From: Verrucomicrobiales bacterium | Lineage (GTDB): Bacteria > Verrucomicrobiota > Verrucomicrobiia > Limisphaerales > JAYPEY01 | Direction: 5' to 3' | NCBI GenBank assembly: GCA_038126035.1 | Contig: JAYPEY010000014.1 | Location: 13,486 to 55,101, forward strand | Length of the DNA: 41,616 bases | In this document: positions 37,662-41,616 of the stretch, in pieces | How the letters are laid out: each line of letters opens with the position of its first letter | Position numbering within the stretch: position 1 is the stretch's first letter | Notes under the pieces: generated by a model | Seen by the model: only the letters and a program-made list of their open reading frames with translations | The model's database searches: none | Told to the model about the DNA's origin: nothing | Made by a program: the position numbers and the translations under genes

Positions 37662-37970
37662 ATGGAAACCTATTTCAACAACATCACGCCCCAGGAAAAC
37701 GGCAAGGACCGACTCGTCGAGGACCTGGGCCGCGTCGTCAAGGACGCCGAGACCCTGCTCAAGGACGCCGGCGAAAAACTCCCCGAAAAGACCCGCGACC
37801 AACTGCGCAAGGCGGTCGATCAGATCAGGGAAAAGTATGAGGCCGTGCAGGAGCGGGCCAAGGCCGGCGCGCAATCGACCGAACGACTCGTGCGCGAACA
37901 TCCCTTTGAGGCCCTCGGCGCCGCTTTCGGCGTCGGTCTCTTGATCGGCCTGCTGATCAACAAGAATTGA
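37662..37970 (+). CDS. DUF883 / ElaB-YqjD family membrane-anchored protein
   Basis: LVEDL..VVKDAETLLK...VREHPFEALGAAFGVGLLIGLLI C-terminal anchor. Confidence 0.88.
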   Translation: METYFNNITPQENGKDRLVEDLGRVVKDAETLLKDAGEKLPEKTRDQLRKAVDQIREKYEAVQERAKAGAQSTERLVREHPFEALGAAFGVGLLIGLLINKN

Positions 37971-37998
37971 CGCAGTTCGCTGTCCGACCACGATTTCC

Positions 37999-38026
37999 AA
38001 ACCCGCCGCTCAGGCGGGTTTTTCTT
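37999..38026. terminator. Terminator between convergent genes (possibly bidirectional)
   Basis: AAACCCGCC-gctca-GGCGGGTTT followed by TTCTT. Confidence 0.7.
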
Positions 38027-38882
38027 GTTCCCCCATCCCGCAGAAAGGCGGCATCGCGCAGGGGCCGCTGAACGCGCCCCGCTGACGCCACACTTCGTAA
38101 AGCAATGCCGCGCCCGCGTTGGCGACATTGAGCGAATCGACCCGGTCCATCTGAGGCAGGGCCGCGCAATCGTTGCAGGCGGCCAACGCCGACGCCGAGA
38201 TGCCATGCCCCTCGCTGCCAAACACCAGACAGCAATCGCCCCTCATGTCCACGTCCATCGCCGTCCGGCTGTCTGGGCGCGGATGCGCGGCGACGCACTT
38301 CACCCCGATCTCACGCAGTTCGGACAAGGTCCTGGCAAGGTTGGTCAGATGGACAGTGGGAAGATGCAGAATGCCCCCCATCGAGGCCCGCACGGATCGA
38401 CGGATGTAGGGACTGCTCGACGTCTCGCCCACCAGCAGGGCCTGCGCGCCCAAGGCGGCGCAATTTCGCACCAACGCGCCCAGATTCTCCGAATTGCTCA
38501 CCCCGTCGAACGCGGCGAACAAATACGGCCGCGGGCTGTGCATCAGGACCTGCTCCATCGTCGGCTCCACCGAAATCTTCGCCACCGCAAGAATGGGTTG
38601 ATACATCGTGTGCCCGATGACCTCCTGTAGCAGGGGCTTCCCACCCAGGTAGACATCAATCACCTCGGATCGTCGCTCGCACAACGGCCTCACACGCTCA
38701 AACCACTCCTCCGAAACCAGCAGCGAAACCACGCTGAACCCGCTCCCCAGCAGGACCTGGACCGTCTTCTCCCCCTGCGTCACGAAGATGCGCCGCTCCA
38801 CATGTTCCCGGGGCCGCTGAAGCGTCCGGTAGGGCTCCAACCCCGGCATTTCCAGCGAATCGATATGATGGATGCGCAACAT
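38010..38882 (-). CDS. TrmH/SpoU-family RNA methyltransferase
   Basis: DGVSNSENLGALVRNCAALG, VRASMG, LVFGSEGHGIS, DSLNVANA. Confidence 0.9.
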   Translation of the reverse strand: MLRIHHIDSLEMPGLEPYRTLQRPREHVERRIFVTQGEKTVQVLLGSGFSVVSLLVSEEWFERVRPLCERRSEVIDVYLGGKPLLQEVIGHTMYQPILAVAKISVEPTMEQVLMHSPRPYLFAAFDGVSNSENLGALVRNCAALGAQALLVGETSSSPYIRRSVRASMGGILHLPTVHLTNLARTLSELREIGVKCVAAHPRPDSRTAMDVDMRGDCCLVFGSEGHGISASALAACNDCAALPQMDRVDSLNVANAGAALLYEVWRQRGAFSGPCAMPPFCGMGEQEKPA

Positions 38883-39004
38883 GGACGGAGCCAAACCTAG
38901 CCCGAAAACGACGCCCCCCCAACCCGCAATTGAGGCGAAAAGGTCCGCAACATTTGCGGCTTCAAACGCTGGCCTTGCCGGAACGCGTTTGCTACGCTCC
39001 GACC

Positions 39005-40117
39005 ATGCCTAAACAAGCTTGGAACATATTCTTGGGGTTCTTGGCGATCCTGGCCATCGGCGGCCTGGGCTTCAAGGTCTACCAGCAACAGCTCCTGCTC
39101 GACAAAGCCAACAACGACCTTTCGGCCGAACACCAGAAGGCCGAACAGGCCAAGACCAATGGAGCCGCGTCCGTCAACGACCTGAGAACCAAGAACGCCA
39201 CCTTGGAAAAGAACCTCCAGGAGACCATGAAGATGGTCGAGGGCCTCGAATCGCAGAAGTCCTCGCTCGAACAGGCCAAGGCCACGCTCGAGAACGCCAA
39301 CAACAGCCTCTCCACAGAAATCACCCGGCTCCGCCAGCAGATCCAGGAGGCCGATGCGCTGAAAACCAAGCTGGAAACCGACCTCAAGGCCCAGTTGCAG
39401 ACCAAGGATGTCACCATCAGCCAGCTCGAAGGCAAACTCTCGGTCGACATTCTCAACCGCGTGTTGTTCGACCTCGGCAAGGCCGAGCTCAAGGCCGAGG
39501 GCAAACAGATCCTCAGCGACGTCGCCACCGCCCTCGAGGGGCTCCCCAACCGCCCCATCCACGTGATCGGCCACACGGACAACATCCCGTTCAAAGGCGG
39601 CTCCGGCCGCTTCCGCAGCAACTGGGAACTCTCCGCCGGCCGCGCGGTCGCCGCCGTCCAATACCTCCAGACCGAGGCCGGCATCGACCCAATGCGCCTC
39701 GCCGCTGTCGGCCACAGCGAATACCATCCCATCGCCAGCAATGACAGCGAGGCCGGACGCGCCCAGAACCGCCGCATCACCCTCGTCATTATGCCCGAGG
39801 AATTGAAGGTCGAGGAACCTCCCGCACCGAAACCGGAGCCGGAGCCGGAAAAAACGGACGCCACAACCACGCCCGACACAAACAAAGACACGGACGCCAA
39901 GCCGGAAACCGACAAGGCCGGAACGGCGCCGACGCCCGACGCGGACAAATCCGCCCCCTCCGAGGACGCGGCAAAGACGCCCGCTCCAGCCCCGGACTCA
40001 GCCGGCGCAAACACGCCGTTGCCGGAGCGAAACTCCGCCACGAATGCGGCTCCCGACCTGCCCAAGATCCCCCTGCCCCGCGCCAGGCCCGAATCCGCGC
40101 CCCAACCCAAGGGCTGA
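39005..40117 (+). CDS. OmpA/MotB-like peptidoglycan-binding protein with N-terminal TM anchor, coiled coil and Pro/Ala-rich tail
   Basis: LFDLGKAELK, VIGHTDN, NWELSAGRA, GRAQNRRI; heptad-rich central region. Confidence 0.88.
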   Translation: MPKQAWNIFLGFLAILAIGGLGFKVYQQQLLLDKANNDLSAEHQKAEQAKTNGAASVNDLRTKNATLEKNLQETMKMVEGLESQKSSLEQAKATLENANNSLSTEITRLRQQIQEADALKTKLETDLKAQLQTKDVTISQLEGKLSVDILNRVLFDLGKAELKAEGKQILSDVATALEGLPNRPIHVIGHTDNIPFKGGSGRFRSNWELSAGRAVAAVQYLQTEAGIDPMRLAAVGHSEYHPIASNDSEAGRAQNRRITLVIMPEELKVEEPPAPKPEPEPEKTDATTTPDTNKDTDAKPETDKAGTAPTPDADKSAPSEDAAKTPAPAPDSAGANTPLPERNSATNAAPDLPKIPLPRARPESAPQPKG

Positions 40118-40180
40118 CCCCGGTTCTCCGGCCCGGCAAAACGCGGCGCCGTCGTCCTCCATCAGCAACGCCCCTTCCCC

Positions 40181-40816
40181 ATGGCCATCACCGTTTCCAT
40201 CGTCGAAGATCAGGATGAAACCCGCGAGCATCTGACGCTCCTCGTCAATGGCGCGCCCGGATTTTCCTGCGTCAGCAACCATGGTTCCGCCGAAGAGGCT
40301 CTCACCGAGATCCCGAAACTGCGGCCCGACGTCGTCCTGATGGACATCAACCTGCCCGGGATCAGCGGCATCGACTGCGTCCGCCAACTGAAGGAGGCGT
40401 CCCCCGATATCCAGGCGCTGATGTGGACGATGTACGAGGATGCGGACCAGATTTTCGAGGCACTCACCGCCGGCGCCAACGGCTACCTGCTCAAGCGCGA
40501 CCCGCCCTCCAAAGTCCTTGAGTCCATCACGGAACTGGTCTCCGAAGGAGGCGCGCCGTTCTCACCGCGCATCGCCCGCATCGTCGTGCAATACTTCCAG
40601 GGCAAGCCCGCGGCCAGCTCGGATCAATACAACCTCTCCAAGCGCGAACTCGAGATTCTGGAACTGCTGGCCAAGGGCCATCGCTACAAGGAGATCGCCA
40701 ACGACCTCGGCATCAGCTTCGACACCGTCCGCAGCCACCTCCGCAACATTTATGAGAAACTGCAGGTCAGTTCCCGCACGGAGGCCGTTGTGAAGTTTCT
40801 CAACGGCAAACGTTGA
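40181..40816 (+). CDS. NarL/LuxR-family response regulator
   Basis: [24 protein letters not shown]; [15 protein letters not shown]...[13 protein letters not shown]. Confidence 0.93.
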   Translation: MAITVSIVEDQDETREHLTLLVNGAPGFSCVSNHGSAEEALTEIPKLRPDVVLMDINLPGISGIDCVRQLKEASPDIQALMWTMYEDADQIFEALTAGANGYLLKRDPPSKVLESITELVSEGGAPFSPRIARIVVQYFQGKPAASSDQYNLSKRELEILELLAKGHRYKEIANDLGISFDTVRSHLRNIYEKLQVSSRTEAVVKFLNGKR

Positions 40817-40885
40817 ATCGAGCCCCCCGGTCTGCCATTGAATGACGGACGCCGCATTCCCCGCGCCGCCACCTGACCGGCCGAC

Positions 40886-41616
40886 ATGCCCGCAGCCCCC
40901 GCCATCCCGTTCGATCCGCCGGACCACACAGTCGGCGGGTGGCTCCCCTCTCCCGCGCAAAAATCCCTGCTCCGCGCCAGCCTCCTGACCGACGCCGACG
41001 ACGCGGAAGCCGCGCTGGATGAATGGCTGCGGAAGATGAACCGGCGGCCATTCGACGCGGCCTCCTGGCGGTTGCTCCCCCCACTGGCCCACAACCTCCG
41101 GCGTCTGGGCATCGACCACCCCATCCTCGCCGACATCGAGCCGATCCATCGCTACATCTGGCTCAGAAACAAGATCCACCTGAACCGGGCGGCGCAGATA
41201 CTCGACACACTGGCCGCCCATGGAAGCGCCGGCATCGCGCTCAAGGGCGCCTCCCTCCTGCTGCGCTGCCATGACAACCTCGGCCTGCGGTCGATGGAGG
41301 ACTTCGATGTGCTGATCCCCACAGAGCACGCCTGGGACACCGTTCAATTTCTCCTGTCCCAGGGCTGGAAGGCCCCGTTCATCCGGTCCCGCCTCGACCG
41401 GGACTGGCTCTCCACCCACCATTCCCTGAACTTCATCGGCCCCGACGACACCCGCCTCGACCTCCATTGGCACATCTTCCCCGAAAGGGTCGAGGCCGAC
41501 GCGGACGCCGGCTTTTGGGAAGATGCGGTCCCCCTCGATGTGTGCGGCGTCAAAGCCCTGGCCCTCGATTGGACCGACGAATTTCTCACCGCCTGCATCC
41601 ATGGCGTCCGCTGGGA
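40886..41616 (+). CDS. Nucleotidyltransferase family protein (NTP_transf_5-like), truncated at the window end
   Basis: Manual translation: MPAAPAIP...RLLPPLAHNL...IALKGASL...LRSMEDFDVLI...LDLHW; open to the window end. Confidence 0.75.
   Translation, partial: MPAAPAIPFDPPDHTVGGWLPSPAQKSLLRASLLTDADDAEAALDEWLRKMNRRPFDAASWRLLPPLAHNLRRLGIDHPILADIEPIHRYIWLRNKIHLNRAAQILDTLAAHGSAGIALKGASLLLRCHDNLGLRSMEDFDVLIPTEHAWDTVQFLLSQGWKAPFIRSRLDRDWLSTHHSLNFIGPDDTRLDLHWHIFPERVEADADAGFWEDAVPLDVCGVKALALDWTDEFLTACIHGVRW

Noticed and set aside
39005-40117. Flagellar stator MotB
   Set aside because: The TM segment lacks the conserved Asp motif and there is no adjacent motA

Overview
High-GC bacterial chromosomal segment. 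The gene repertoire (Tat-exported Gfo/Idh/MocA paralogs, PmoA/DUF6807, CehA/McbA hydrolase, membrane-fused ECF sigma factor, GSII-type glutamine synthetase, A/C-rich non-Shine-Dalgarno leaders) suggests Verrucomicrobiota/PVC; this is inference. It holds about 35 CDS, including rpsT, thrH, a SNF2 helicase, a nitrogen block (glnII, amtB, PII) and oxidoreductases. I saw no rRNA, tRNA, CRISPR array or transposase. Highlights: (1) a translationally coupled APH kinase / HopA1-like lyase / LanC cyclase trio, i.e. class V lanthipeptide-type machinery, directly behind a POT peptide importer and with no visible precursor peptide; (2) a minimal 144-aa kinase plus PP2C phosphatase pair divergent from glnII-amtB-PII, where PII carries the cyanobacteria-type phosphorylatable Ser49; (3) a sigma54-driven receiver/DR2241 Fe-S/TlpA operon; (4) a radical SAM gene with an N-terminal SPASM/twitch-like module; (5) two unknown membrane-anchored helical proteins; (6) REP-like palindromes, one apparently in frame inside a signal peptide, and a possible integron-cassette remnant. 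Three ORFs are interrupted (two +1 G-run frameshifts, one in-frame TAA), which may be sequencing errors. All family assignments come from motif recognition by eye; no database searches were run.
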